This document shows positions 1 to 9,863 of a DNA stretch of 64,000 bases, piece after piece. Each line of letters opens with the position of its first letter. Positions within the stretch are counted from its first letter, which is position 1. This stretch comes from Candidatus Krumholzibacteriia bacterium. GTDB taxonomy: Bacteria; Krumholzibacteriota; Krumholzibacteriia; LZORAL124-64-63. The stretch lies in NCBI GenBank assembly GCA_050174015.1, contig JBFXKG010000001.1, positions 96,001-160,000 on the forward strand, read 5' to 3'. A model generated the notes under the pieces. It was not told the origin of the DNA. It saw nothing but the letters and a program-made list of their open reading frames with translations, and made no database searches. The position numbers and the translations under genes are program-made.

Positions 1-1982
1 CCGCCGTTGTCGATGACGTGGGACTCGATGCCCAGGTCCTTGATGGTCCAGCCGTTCATGTCCACGGCGCCCGCGCCCTGGTTGTAGACCTCGAACCACT
101 CGCCGTCGGTGTCGCTGAGGATGAAGGGATCCTTCATGATCTCGTTGATCACGATGTCGCCCGAGCCCAGCTCGAAGATCTCGACGGTGCTGTTGGGGGC
201 GATGGTGTTGTTCGAGTCGTCCTTGACGTTGTTCACGCGCACGCTGTGCTGGATGCCCGCAGCGCTGGCGCCGAGAGTCAGCTCGACGCTGGTGTTCCCG
301 GTCAGCAGGACGGCCGAGACGACCGGCACGGTGTTGCCCGGGGCGGCCGTCTGGAACACGGCGTAGTTGCCGGCCGTGGCGGCCGAGACGGGATCCAGCA
401 TCTCGTCGAAGTTGACCTGCACGTGGGTGGGGTCGGTCAGCAGGGCGCTCACCAGCACCGGGGGCGTGGTGTCGGGGCCCTGGCGGTTGTTGACGAGATC
501 CGAGGCCAGACCGACGATGACCTGACCCGCACCGGCGTAGGACCCGCCCGCGCCGGCCGCGACCAGGTTGTCGCCCACCAGCCAGGTTTCCAGTCCGGGC
601 GCCAGATCGTCGTCCACGCGGATCACCACGGGGCCGCTGCCGTCGTCGATGGTGAAGTTGTGGGCGGGGTTGGTCCCGGTCGTGGTGGCGATGGCGGTGA
701 TCGGGCCGCTGGTGCGGATGTAGGTGCCCTCGTTGCTCAGGGCGGCGGCGGCGCCGGTGCCCAGGACGGTGGGGGTCAGGACGGGGTTGCCGCCGCTGAC
801 CAGTTCGACCTCGTAGTTCACGATCTCCAGGGTGGTGAAGTAGTAGTCCACCCGGCCGCTGATCTTCACGATGTTGCCGGTGTCGTTCAGCAGGGTCTCG
901 CCGGTGACGCGCACGTCGCCGAAGACGTTCAGGCCGCGGCCCGAGCCGTCCTGGACGTAGGCGCTGATGCTGACGCCGTCGGCCTTGTAATCGCCGGGGA
1001 TGTAGACCTGGCCCTGGACCATGACCATGGTGCCGTCGAAGCCGGCGGAATCGGCATGGATGGTGGCGATGGGCGTGATGGATTCGGGAGCCACGGTGTA
1101 GCTGTAGAACGAGGTGGGGGCGTCGAAGGGGTTCGAGCCCGACAGCCCGTCGTTGTCCAGGGCGGTCACGTAGTAGTCGATCTGGTCGCCGTTGCTGGCG
1201 CCCTGGACCGTGCCGAGGTAGGTGGAGCCGGCCGACAGGAACATGGCGGAGGTCTGCCAGGCGCCGCCGTTGTAGCTGAAGTGCAGGGTCACCGAGGAGA
1301 CGGTGCCGTCCAGGTCGGTCACGTCGGCGTAGATGGTGACTTCCTCGTCGGGAACCGGCAGCAGGGGCCGGTGCATCACGTTGTCGACCTGCGGGGCCTG
1401 CAGGGGCACGTCGCCGTTGGCGGCGCCCGGGGTACCGAAGTCGCCGCCGCCGAAGACCACGTTCGACTCGGCCCAGTGCGTGCCGTCGTTGTTGTCGGTC
1501 CCGACCTCGTCCCACATCATCGAGGCGCCTGTGGGATCGGGCCAGAGGATCCCGCCGTCGTACACGACGCGGTCGATCTCGACCAGCGAGGCGTTCAGCA
1601 GGATGACCTCGTCGTCCCCGTTGGCCAGGGTGAAGGACGTGCCGTACTCGTAGAGCAGGGTCACGCCCTGGCCGGCCATGATGGCGGCGTTCCGGCCCAG
1701 CACGGCGTACCCGCCGGCGGGCACCACGGCGGAGGCGGCGATGACGTGGCTGTCGGCGCCGAGGTCCTGGATGGTCCAGCCGTTGAGGTCGACCGGGGTG
1801 GCGCCGGTGTTGTGGACCTCGAACCACTCGCCGTCGGCATCGAGCAGGACCGCGGGATTCTGCATGATCTCGGTGATCACGATGTCCGCATCCCCCGCCA
1901 GGGCCGCACCGGCCAGCAGGGTCAGGGTCATCAGCACGACCGGCAGGGCGAACAGCCGGCCGAATCCGTTAGACGTACGCAT
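1..1982 (-). CDS. Secreted multi-domain protein with lamin-tail (LTD) domains; runs off the window start
   Basis: Manual translation: MRTSNGFGRLFALPVVLMTLTLLAGAALA (signal peptide), then DIVITEIMQNP...DGEWFEVHN. A second LTD motif (DIVINEIMKDP...DGEWFEVYN) lies near 80-160. GGAGA RBS upstream. Absent from the ORF track because its stop lies outside the window. Confidence 0.85.
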   Translation of the reverse strand, partial: MRTSNGFGRLFALPVVLMTLTLLAGAALAGDADIVITEIMQNPAVLLDADGEWFEVHNTGATPVDLNGWTIQDLGADSHVIAASAVVPAGGYAVLGRNAAIMAGQGVTLLYEYGTSFTLANGDDEVILLNASLVEIDRVVYDGGILWPDPTGASMMWDEVGTDNNDGTHWAESNVVFGGGDFGTPGAANGDVPLQAPQVDNVMHRPLLPVPDEEVTIYADVTDLDGTVSSVTLHFSYNGGAWQTSAMFLSAGSTYLGTVQGASNGDQIDYYVTALDNDGLSGSNPFDAPTSFYSYTVAPESITPIATIHADSAGFDGTMVMVQGQVYIPGDYKADGVSISAYVQDGSGRGLNVFGDVRVTGETLLNDTGNIVKISGRVDYYFTTLEIVNYEVELVSGGNPVLTPTVLGTGAAAALSNEGTYIRTSGPITAIATTTGTNPAHNFTIDDGSGPVVIRVDDDLAPGLETWLVGDNLVAAGAGGSYAGAGQVIVGLASDLVNNRQGPDTTPPVLVSALLTDPTHVQVNFDEMLDPVSAATAGNYAVFQTAAPGNTVPVVSAVLLTGNTSVELTLGASAAGIQHSVRVNNVKDDSNNTIAPNSTVEIFELGSGDIVINEIMKDPFILSDTDGEWFEVYNQGAGAVDMNGWTIKDLGIESHVIDNG

Positions 1983-2173
1983 GGGGCATCTCCGATCATT
2001 CGGGACAGGAAGGCGGCCCGCCGGCCGCACGGGATTCTCCGTCTAAGTATATCACATTTGGGCGCTTTTGAGAATAATTTGGGGAATTCCAGCCGTTGGT
2101 TCTGCAAAAAAACGGCCGTTTCCCACCATCGGCGGAACCCCGTGACGGGCGTAACCTGGCGCCGATGAACACG

Positions 2174-4327
2174 CTATTTCGCCAGGCTTTCCAGCAGGGA
2201 CAGGAACCGCGGATGCCCCCGCAAGGGGTCCAGGTCCGAGTCGTTCTCCATCCACTCGCGGTAGGAGGCCCCGATCCGCACGGTCCGCTCCAGGCAGTCG
2301 ATGGCCTCGTCGATCTTCCCCAGCCAGGCGTAGGTGCATGAGACGTTGTAGAGGATGGCCGGATCGTCGGGGTCCAGGGCCAGGGCCCGGTTGGCCCACT
2401 TCAGGCCGCGGTCCCGCTGGCCCAGGCGCACCATGGCTCCGGCGCCCATGTAGCAGGCGCGGGCGTCCTCGGGGTTCAGGAGGATGGCCTTCTCCGCCAG
2501 CTCCATGCCCAGGCGGTTGGCGGCTTCCTCGTCCGCAGGGCGATCCAGGGCGTGGTAGACCTGGGCCAGCAGGATCGGGATCTGGTAGTCGTCGGGGCTG
2601 GCCTTGGCGGCCAGCCGGTAGGATTCGACGGCCTCGTCGTACTTGCCCTGGACGACGCAGTCCCGGGCGTGGAAGTAGTAGGGCTCGAACAGGCTGGGGT
2701 CCAGCTCGCCGGCGATGCGGAACTCCCGGGCTGCGGCCTGGTGGTTGCGGCTCAGGGACAGGGCCAGCCCGCGGGAGGCGTGGGCCTCGGCCAGGGCCGG
2801 ATCGATGTCCAGGGCCTGGCTGCTGAGCCGGTCGGCCTGCTCCAGGTTCTCGGCGCTGCTGTCGATGTACATGTAGAGGTAGCTGAAGCAGTCGGCCTTG
2901 CCGGCATAGGCCGAGGCGAACAGGGGGTCGAGTTCGATCGCCTGCCCGAACATGCGGCGGGCGATCTCCACGTTGCGCTTGCCCCAGCGCCGGAAGAAGT
3001 CGCGCCCGCGCAGGTAGAAGTCGTAGGCGGCGGGATTGTTGGTCCGGGCCTCGACCAGCCGGGCGGTGCGGTCCGGGGCCAGCGTCAGCTGCAGGGCCTT
3101 GACGATGCACTGGGCGATCTCGTCCTGGACCGCGAACACGTCCCGCAGCTCGCGGTCGTAACGGCTGGACCAGAGGTGGCAGCCGTCGGTCACGTCGATG
3201 AGCTGGGCCATGATCCGCAGCATGCTGCCCGACTTGCGGACGCTGCCTTCGAGCAGGGTGCCCACGCCCAGCTTGCGCCCCACCTCGCGGCTGTCCCCGC
3301 CCAGGTCGCGGTACTGGAAGCTGGACATGCGGGAGGCCACCTTCAGCCCCTCGATGCGCGTCAGGGCGTTGATGATCTCCTCGGCGACGCCGTGGCAGAA
3401 GTATTCCTGGTCCTGGGTGGAGCTGAGGTCGGAGAACGGCAGGACGGCGATGGACCGGACCGCTCCCTCGTCCCCGCGGCAGGTCTGCCCGCGGATCTCC
3501 CGCAGCTCGTCCCGCAGGTCGGCCGCCCCGTTGAAGCGGGCGCCCGGATCCTTGGCCAGGCACCGCATCACCGCCTGGCTCAGGCGCAGGGGGCAATCGG
3601 CCCGCAGGCTCAACGGGGGCAGGGGCTGGTCCCGCAGGACGGCCGCCAGCTTCTCGGCCGTGGTCTGTCCGGTGAAGGGCTTGTGGCCGGTGATCAGCAG
3701 GTACAGGACGGCGCCCAGGGAGAACAGGTCGCTGCGTGCGCCCACTTCGCGACCTCGGACCTGTTCGGGGGCCATGTAGTCGGGAGTGCCCAGGATGTGC
3801 GAGCCCGTCTGGTCCAGCTTGGCCGTGACCGAGAGGTCTCCCGGGAGGGATTCGGCGCGCACCAGCTTGGCCAGGCCGAAATCGAGGATCTTCACCTGGC
3901 CGTCCGCGGTGACCATGACGTTGTCAGGCTTGAGGTCGCGGTGGACCACCCCCTGGGCGTGGGCGGCGCCCAGGGCGTCGGCCAGTCCGATGGCCACGTC
4001 GAAGAACCGGGGCCAGGCCAGGCTGGGCCCGGTCTCGGCCGCGGAAAGGGGGCTGCCCTCGACCAGTTCCATGGTGATGAAGTGGAGGCCGTCCGCCTCC
4101 TCCACGGAGTGGATGACCACGATCCCCGGATGGTGGATCGCGGCCAGGGCCCGCGCCTCCTGCTTGAACCGGCCGAGGCGCTGGCGGTCCTCGGCCATCT
4201 CCGCAGGCAGGACCTTCAGGGCCACGTTGCGCTGCAGTTCGTTGTCCCGGGCGAGGTAGACCTCACCCATGGCTCCGGATCCGATTTCGGCGGTGATCGT
4301 ATAGCGGGATAGGGTCTGGCCGATCAT
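2174..4327 (-). CDS. Hanks-type Ser/Thr protein kinase with TolB-like and TPR C-terminal region
   Basis: GSGAMGEV, VALK, HRDLKPDN, DFG and YMAPE motifs, then SIAVLPF (TolB-like) and TPR-like helices. Start taken at MIGQTLSRY. Confidence 0.93.
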   Translation of the reverse strand: MIGQTLSRYTITAEIGSGAMGEVYLARDNELQRNVALKVLPAEMAEDRQRLGRFKQEARALAAIHHPGIVVIHSVEEADGLHFITMELVEGSPLSAAETGPSLAWPRFFDVAIGLADALGAAHAQGVVHRDLKPDNVMVTADGQVKILDFGLAKLVRAESLPGDLSVTAKLDQTGSHILGTPDYMAPEQVRGREVGARSDLFSLGAVLYLLITGHKPFTGQTTAEKLAAVLRDQPLPPLSLRADCPLRLSQAVMRCLAKDPGARFNGAADLRDELREIRGQTCRGDEGAVRSIAVLPFSDLSSTQDQEYFCHGVAEEIINALTRIEGLKVASRMSSFQYRDLGGDSREVGRKLGVGTLLEGSVRKSGSMLRIMAQLIDVTDGCHLWSSRYDRELRDVFAVQDEIAQCIVKALQLTLAPDRTARLVEARTNNPAAYDFYLRGRDFFRRWGKRNVEIARRMFGQAIELDPLFASAYAGKADCFSYLYMYIDSSAENLEQADRLSSQALDIDPALAEAHASRGLALSLSRNHQAAAREFRIAGELDPSLFEPYYFHARDCVVQGKYDEAVESYRLAAKASPDDYQIPILLAQVYHALDRPADEEAANRLGMELAEKAILLNPEDARACYMGAGAMVRLGQRDRGLKWANRALALDPDDPAILYNVSCTYAWLGKIDEAIDCLERTVRIGASYREWMENDSDLDPLRGHPRFLSLLESLAK

Positions 4328-4498
4328 GACAACCCCCTCTGCCCGGATCCGGGCCCTGACGGAGTCTGCGGCGCTGACGGCGAGAAGTCGGGATGTCGTT
4401 TCCGATGCCTGTCGGAACCTGGAATACGGATCAGGGCGCAAAAAGTTGCCCCGGACCGCAGCCCGGGGCAACGCGAAGCCTCCGAGGGGTTTCCCGGA

Positions 4499-7111
4499 TC
4501 ACTTGACCATGGTCATGCGCCCGGTCCACACCGATCCGTCCCCGGTTTCCAGCCGGTAGAGATAGGATCCCGAGGCCACCGGCTGGCCGCCGTCGTCCTC
4601 ACCGCGCCAGGTCACCGCATGGGGACCGGCGGGAAGGGGGCCCTCGGCCAGCGTCGCCACCAGGCGGCCGTCCAGGGCGTAGACCGCCAGCCGCACGGGG
4701 CCGGGTGCCGCCAGTTCGAAGCCGATGGTGGTGCTGGGGTTGAAGGGATTGGGATGGGCCTGGCCCAGGGCCGCGGCCCGGGGGGTGCGGTCGCCCACCG
4801 CGCTGGCGGGATCCTGGCCCTGGATGACCGCGACGGTGCGGTCCGCCGCGATCGGCCCGAAGGACTGGATGGTCCCGTCGGGCCAGAAGATCTCGACCTG
4901 GTCGACCAGATCGGCGTCGCCGAGGCCGAAGTGCTGCACCAGCGGAGGATTGCAGAGGTAGCCGGCGCCCGAGATCACCAGACGGGACCGGGACACACCG
5001 CCCGCGCTGACGACGATGCGCGCGCCGATCGCGCTGGTGTTGGGGGCGTTCCCCGTGAGCGCCAGCTGCAGCCAGTGGTTGGCGTTGGCGACCTGGTTCA
5101 CGAGCAGGACGTTGGGCTGGCCGTCCTTGGTGATGAAGACGTCCAGGCGGCCGTCGCCGTCGAGGTCGCCGCAAACGACGGCGTTGCTCGCACCCTCGGC
5201 CTCCGCCGGTCCCACCGGGATGCGGGTGAAGCCGCCGGCCCCGTCGTTGATCAGCATCAGGTCGCTCTGGTCCGAGCGGGTGACGTAAAGGTCGAGGAAC
5301 CCGTCGTTGTCCAGGTCGGCCCAGGCCACTCCGCGTCCCTGGCCGGTGTCGCCCAGGTCGGCGCCCGGATTGAGCGAGTACTGGAACGGACCGGTGCAGC
5401 GGTAGAGGCGGTCGGCGTTGCCGCTGTTGGCGACGTACAGGTCGAAGTCCCCGTCGTTGTCGTAGTCGCCCCAGGCCGCGCCGTAGCTGTTGCTGTTGTC
5501 GTTGGTGTTGGAGCTGCCCGATACGTCCTGGAAGCCGAGGGCGGTGTTCTCCAGGTAGACGTTGGCGTTGAACTTGCGGGCCAGGTACAGGTCCATGCGC
5601 CCGTCCAGGTCGCCGTCGTTCCAGCAGTGGGCCGAGCTGTTGCCGAGGTTGTTCAGGGGGGTGCCGACGACGGGGACGAAGAGGGTGTAGCCCACGCCGG
5701 GGTCCCCGATGTTCTCCAGGACGGTGTTGGCGGCGCCGTGGTTCAGGATGAAGAGGTCAAGGTCCCCGTCCTGGCGGTAGTCGAACCAGGACGCTCCCGC
5801 CGCGGGCACGGTCACGTTCACGCCGTAGGCGGGGTCGACCGCGAATCCGCCCGATCCGTCGCCGGCCAGCAGGAGGCCGGCCTCGCCGTCCCTGGCGAGG
5901 TAGACGTCCAGGTGGCCGTCGCCGTCGAAGTCGGCCCAGGCGCCCGCGACGCCGGCGCCGGTATCGGCCAGCGGACCGGCGGCGATGTCGGTGAATGTCT
6001 CGTTTCCGTCGTTGCGCAGCAGCTGGTCGGCGGACCCCTGGTTGACCACGTGGACGTCCAGGTCGCCGTCCTCGTCCGCATCGATCAGGCTGACCGCCCG
6101 GCCGGCCCCGGCATTGCCGACCGCCCCGGCCGTCAACGGCTGGAACGGACCGTCTGAATAGGCGCCGGTGAAGGTGATGGCGCCGTCCTCGGCGACGGTC
6201 TGGACCTGGGGGTTGACCTGGGGACCGGTCCACCAGGGGGTCTCGTCCCAGGTCAGGGTGAACTGTCCGAACCGGAAGAGGTTCAGGGAGGTGTCGCCGC
6301 TGCCCTGCATGGAGATGCCGTCGGGGCCCTCGAGCAGCCAGCCGGCCTCCACGCCGTCGGGCTGGCAGTCGATGACCACGGTGGAGGCATAATCGGGAAG
6401 GGCGGAGGCGGCCTGGAGGATCTCCTTGGTGGTGTTCTTCTGCACCAGGGCGATGATGCGCAGGTCGTCCACGTCCCACGCGGGATCCATGGTGAAGGTC
6501 CGGGTCACGGTGGTGGTCTGGCCGGGAGTGGTCAGGGTGAAGGATTCGGTGGCCGGCATCAGAACGACCATGTTGCTCTGGTTGTGAAGGCCATCGATGC
6601 AGACGAAGAAATGCACGGTGTGGGTCCCGGAGACGGCGGCGTCGACGGTGATGTCGAAGCTGGCCTCGGCCTGGTCGTTGATGACGCTGAAGACGCCGCT
6701 GATGACCAGGGGGCTCGCGATGGCGGCCCTGGTCCCGTAGTCCACGTCGTAATAGGGGAACATGGTTCCCGAGGGGAGCCCGCCCACTTCGAGGATGGTC
6801 CCGTCGAACATGACGTTGGGGGTCCCGGAAATCCCGTACCAGGCGGCCCGATCATTGCCCGACGGCGTGGCGTAGGGGGCGGAGAAGTAGAAGGTCAGGG
6901 GCAGGAACTCGGCCGGCCCGTGGTAGGTCTCCAGATCATCGATTCCCGCGACCGCGGAAGGGCAGTAGGGTCAGCCGTCGGCCGAGTAGAGTTCGGCGAC
7001 GACGGCGCGCTGGGCGGCGGCGCTGATCCCCGGGGCCAGGGTCAGGGCCGCGAAGGCGGCCAGGAGCAGGATCCTTGCGGACAAGGTGCTGTCGTGGGCG
7101 GTTTTCGGCAT
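4499..7111 (-). CDS. Probable selenoprotein (Sec47): signal peptide + Omp28/thioredoxin-like UxxC domain + FG-GAP repeats + ASPIC/UnbV + C-terminal FlgD-Ig domain, 870 aa
   Basis: GGAGG RBS before ATG at 7111. Reads MPKTAH...AAQRAVVAELYSADG-TGA-PYCP and continues without another stop into YGISGTPNVMFDG and the 4499..6811 ORF in the same frame. Multiple DxDxDGxxD repeats; AHPNPFNPSTTIGF tail. Confidence 0.85.
6943..6959 (-). promoter_or_regulatory. Bacterial SECIS-like hairpin
   Basis: Minus-strand TTCCGC-GGTC-GCGGGAA stem-loop starting 11 nt 3' of the in-frame TGA (6971-6973), with a G-led GGUC apical loop. Confidence 0.7.
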
Positions 7112-7319
7112 CGTTTCCCCTCCGATGGTCGAATGAATGATTCCGGATGATCATGGTAACACATAAGACCCAGGTCAACACCGGGAAATGCATCCATGAT
7201 TGCAAAAAATCACCCAATGAGAACAATATTCCCTATCAAATTCCTGCCGGGATGGAAACCCTCCACCATATTTCCCAAAAAAATAATTCATGCGAATGGA
7301 AAAATTTTGAAAAACCTGC

Positions 7320-7363
7320 TTGACAGTCATACCCCCTGTCATTCATAACTTCATTTGAATGAA
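7320..7363 (+). promoter_or_regulatory. Putative promoter/operator region upstream of the regulator and BMC operon
   Basis: TTGACA at 7320 overlaps the inverted repeat TGACAG-N9-CTGTCA (7321-7341). A second palindrome TTCAT-N4-ATGAA lies at 7350-7363, in an AT-rich intergenic region. Confidence 0.45.
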
Positions 7364-7424
7364 ATTTGTCTTGCCGGGCTCCGGGCCTGGGGGTATCCAA
7401 AATTTTGGCGGATGTTTTCTTCAT

Positions 7425-7787
7425 ATGAAGGTGGAGATCCTGGATCCGATGCTGGGCGCACCCGCGAGGGTCGCCATCCTGGCCACCCTGGCCGACGGCC
7501 GGTCCTGGAGCTTTTCCGAACTGAAGGAAGAAACCGGGCTGGCGGACGGGAACCTCCACGTCCAGAGCCGCAAGTTGCTGGACGCAGGTTTCGCCACCTC
7601 GGAGAAGATGGTCCGGGGGCGGCGCAGGGTGACCTGCTACCGGATGACCCCAGAAGGACGCGAGCTGCTGGCCGGGTACGTGCGCCGGCTGAGCAGGGCC
7701 CTGGGTGCGGACGGGGAAAAGCCCGACCTCCCGCAGCCGGGCAGGAAGCAGACCCCTCTCAAGGACGACGGTTCGAGGGTCTGGTGA
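7425..7787 (+). CDS. Winged helix-turn-helix transcriptional regulator (ArsR/MarR-like)
   Basis: LDPMLGAPARVAILATL...FSELKEETGLADGNLHVQSRKLLDAGF...YRMTPEGR pattern. Confidence 0.8.
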   Translation: MKVEILDPMLGAPARVAILATLADGRSWSFSELKEETGLADGNLHVQSRKLLDAGFATSEKMVRGRRRVTCYRMTPEGRELLAGYVRRLSRALGADGEKPDLPQPGRKQTPLKDDGSRVW

Positions 7788-7863
7788 GACGGGCGGCGGC
7801 GGCCACGGACGGCCGCCGCACCCGGCCCGGACGATTCCCGGGCCAAGCAGCGAGGAAGGTGTC

Positions 7864-9213
7864 ATGAACGTCGCCATCGGTGCCGACCACGGCGGTTTCG
7901 AGCTCAAGAAGAAGCTGGCCGAGCACCTCAAGGCCAAGGGACATCAGGTTCTGGACGTGGGCACGGACTCCGTCCAGCCCGTCGACTATCCGGTCTACGC
8001 GCGCAAGGTCGCCGAGGCCGTCGCCGCGGGGAAGGCGACCCGGGGGATCATGATCGACGGGGCCGGCATCGGCTCGTCCATGGTCGCCAACAAGGTGCCG
8101 GGAGTCCGGGCGGCCATGGCCTACGACCTGAGCAGCGCCCGCAACGGCCGCGAGCACAACGACGCCAACGTCCTGACCCTCGGCGCCGGGCTGATCGGGG
8201 CCGCCCTGGCCGTCCAGATCGTCGACGTCTTCCTGGAGACCGAGTGCACCGAGGCCCGGCACATGAAACGGGTGGCGATGATCGCCGAGGCGGGAACGCC
8301 CGCTTCCGCGGCGCCCGCGGCCCAGGCGGCCGGACCGGTCGCCGTCCTGCCGGCCGACCTCGGCGAGGAGGACATCCAGCGGATCGTGCGGCGCCTGGAG
8401 CAGATGCTCGGCGGCCGCGCCCTGGACGTCTTCCACGACGGACCCTGCGTGGGCAGCTGCCCCGACACCGCCCGCCGGTTCCTGGAACTGGGGGCGGGAC
8501 GCCTGACCAGCGGCCCCGGCAATCCCGGGCGCATTCCCGAGGAACTGGCCCGTTACATCGACCACACCATCCTCAAACCCGACGCCACCGTGGCCATGAT
8601 CGACAAGATCATCGCCGAGGCGCGGGAGTTCTCCTTCCGGTCGGTCTGCGTGAATCCCTGCTGGGTCAAGCGCGTGGCCGACGGCCTGCGAGGAACCCGG
8701 GTGTTGACCTGCTCGGTGGTGGGCTTCCCCCTGGGAGCCTCCACGCCCGACATCAAGGGGATGGAGGCCCGCAAGGCCATCCGGGACGGAGCCAAGGAGA
8801 TCGACATGGTCATCAACGTCGGCCGGCTGAAGTCGGGCGACGACGACTACGTGCTGAGGGACGTCCTCGCGGTGACGGACGCCTGCCGGGACGGAGGCGC
8901 GGTCAGCAAGGTGATCATCGAGACGGCCCTGCTCAGCGACGAGGAGAAGCGGCGCGCCTGCGAGCTGTCGCGCCGCGCCCGCGCCAACTTCGTGAAGACC
9001 TCGACGGGGTTCGCCTCGGGCGGGGCCACCGCGGAGGACGTGGCCCTGATGGCCTCGGTGGTCCGCGGGGCCGGCATGGAGGTCAAGGCCAGCGGCGGCA
9101 TCAAATCGTTCAGCGACGCCAAGCGCATGATCGACGCGGGGGCCACCCGCATCGGCGCAAGCGCCAGCATCGCCATCATCCAGGAAGCGCAGAAGACGAC
9201 GGTCAGCGCCTGA
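7864..9213 (+). CDS. rpiB-deoC: RpiB-family sugar-phosphate isomerase fused to deoxyribose-phosphate aldolase (DeoC), BMC-associated
   Basis: N-terminal IGADHGG, VDYP, ANKVPGVRAA, EHNDANVL. C-terminal IDHTILKP, VGFPLG, EIDMVIN, KVIIET, FVKTSTGF, VKASGGI, RIGAS. Confidence 0.92.
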   Translation: MNVAIGADHGGFELKKKLAEHLKAKGHQVLDVGTDSVQPVDYPVYARKVAEAVAAGKATRGIMIDGAGIGSSMVANKVPGVRAAMAYDLSSARNGREHNDANVLTLGAGLIGAALAVQIVDVFLETECTEARHMKRVAMIAEAGTPASAAPAAQAAGPVAVLPADLGEEDIQRIVRRLEQMLGGRALDVFHDGPCVGSCPDTARRFLELGAGRLTSGPGNPGRIPEELARYIDHTILKPDATVAMIDKIIAEAREFSFRSVCVNPCWVKRVADGLRGTRVLTCSVVGFPLGASTPDIKGMEARKAIRDGAKEIDMVINVGRLKSGDDDYVLRDVLAVTDACRDGGAVSKVIIETALLSDEEKRRACELSRRARANFVKTSTGFASGGATAEDVALMASVVRGAGMEVKASGGIKSFSDAKRMIDAGATRIGASASIAIIQEAQKTTVSA

Positions 9214-9224
9214 AGGAGCGGAAC

Positions 9225-9863
9225 ATGGTCGACCGGAACACCGTCGATTTGCGGGCCTACTGCATCATCGACAGCCTGCAGCCCCAGTTCGCCTCGTTCC
9301 AGGCCACCGTCGCCCAGGGCTTCCTGCCCCGGGTGGGCCAGGCCAGCCTGTTCGTGGAGATCGCCCCCGGCATCGAGATCAACCGGGTCACGGACATCGC
9401 CCTGAAGTCCACCAATGTGACGCCGGGCATGCAGATCGTCGAGCGGCACTTCGGTATGCTCGAGGTCCACAGCGACAGCCAGGCCGACGTGCGGCAGGCC
9501 GGCGCGGCCATCCTCGCGGCCCTCGGGCTGGCCGAGGACCGGCGCCTGCGGCCCCGCATCGTCTCGGACCAGGTGGTGCGCCACCTGGACGACCACCAGT
9601 GCATGCTCATCAACCGCATGCGGCACGGGAACCTGATCCTGGCTGGCCAGACCCTGTTCGTGCTCGAGTGCGAGCCGGCGGCCTACGCGGCCCTGGCCGC
9701 GAACGAGGCGGAGAAGGCGGCCGCCATCAACATCCTCGAGGTGCGGGCCTTCGGCAGCTTCGGCCGGGTCTACATCGGCGGCGAGGAGAAGGACGTGGCG
9801 GTGGCGCGGCCCGCGGCCGTGGCCGCCCTGGAGGCCATCACGGGCCGGGAGGTTGGGAAATGA
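9225..9863 (+). CDS. BMC shell trimer, CcmP/CsoS1D-like (permuted double-stacking BMC-T)
   Basis: LRAYCIIDSLQPQFASF, VEIAPGIEINRVTDIALK, VERHFGMLEVH, AANEAEKAA...FGRVY. Confidence 0.88.
   Translation: MVDRNTVDLRAYCIIDSLQPQFASFQATVAQGFLPRVGQASLFVEIAPGIEINRVTDIALKSTNVTPGMQIVERHFGMLEVHSDSQADVRQAGAAILAALGLAEDRRLRPRIVSDQVVRHLDDHQCMLINRMRHGNLILAGQTLFVLECEPAAYAALAANEAEKAAAINILEVRAFGSFGRVYIGGEEKDVAVARPAAVAALEAITGREVGK

Noticed and set aside
6971..6973. TGA read as genome-wide recoding (Trp/Gly) or as a simple nonsense mutation
   Set aside because: Many genes here end in TGA with ATGA/GTGA overlaps, so TGA is a normal stop. Its position in a UxxC motif plus the hairpin favours Sec over pseudogenisation, though the latter is not excluded.
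7705..7863. ORF-track N-terminal extensions (also at 4471, 29263, 29315, 44172, 56092)
   Set aside because: Downstream starts have RBSs and coincide with domain or signal-peptide beginnings.
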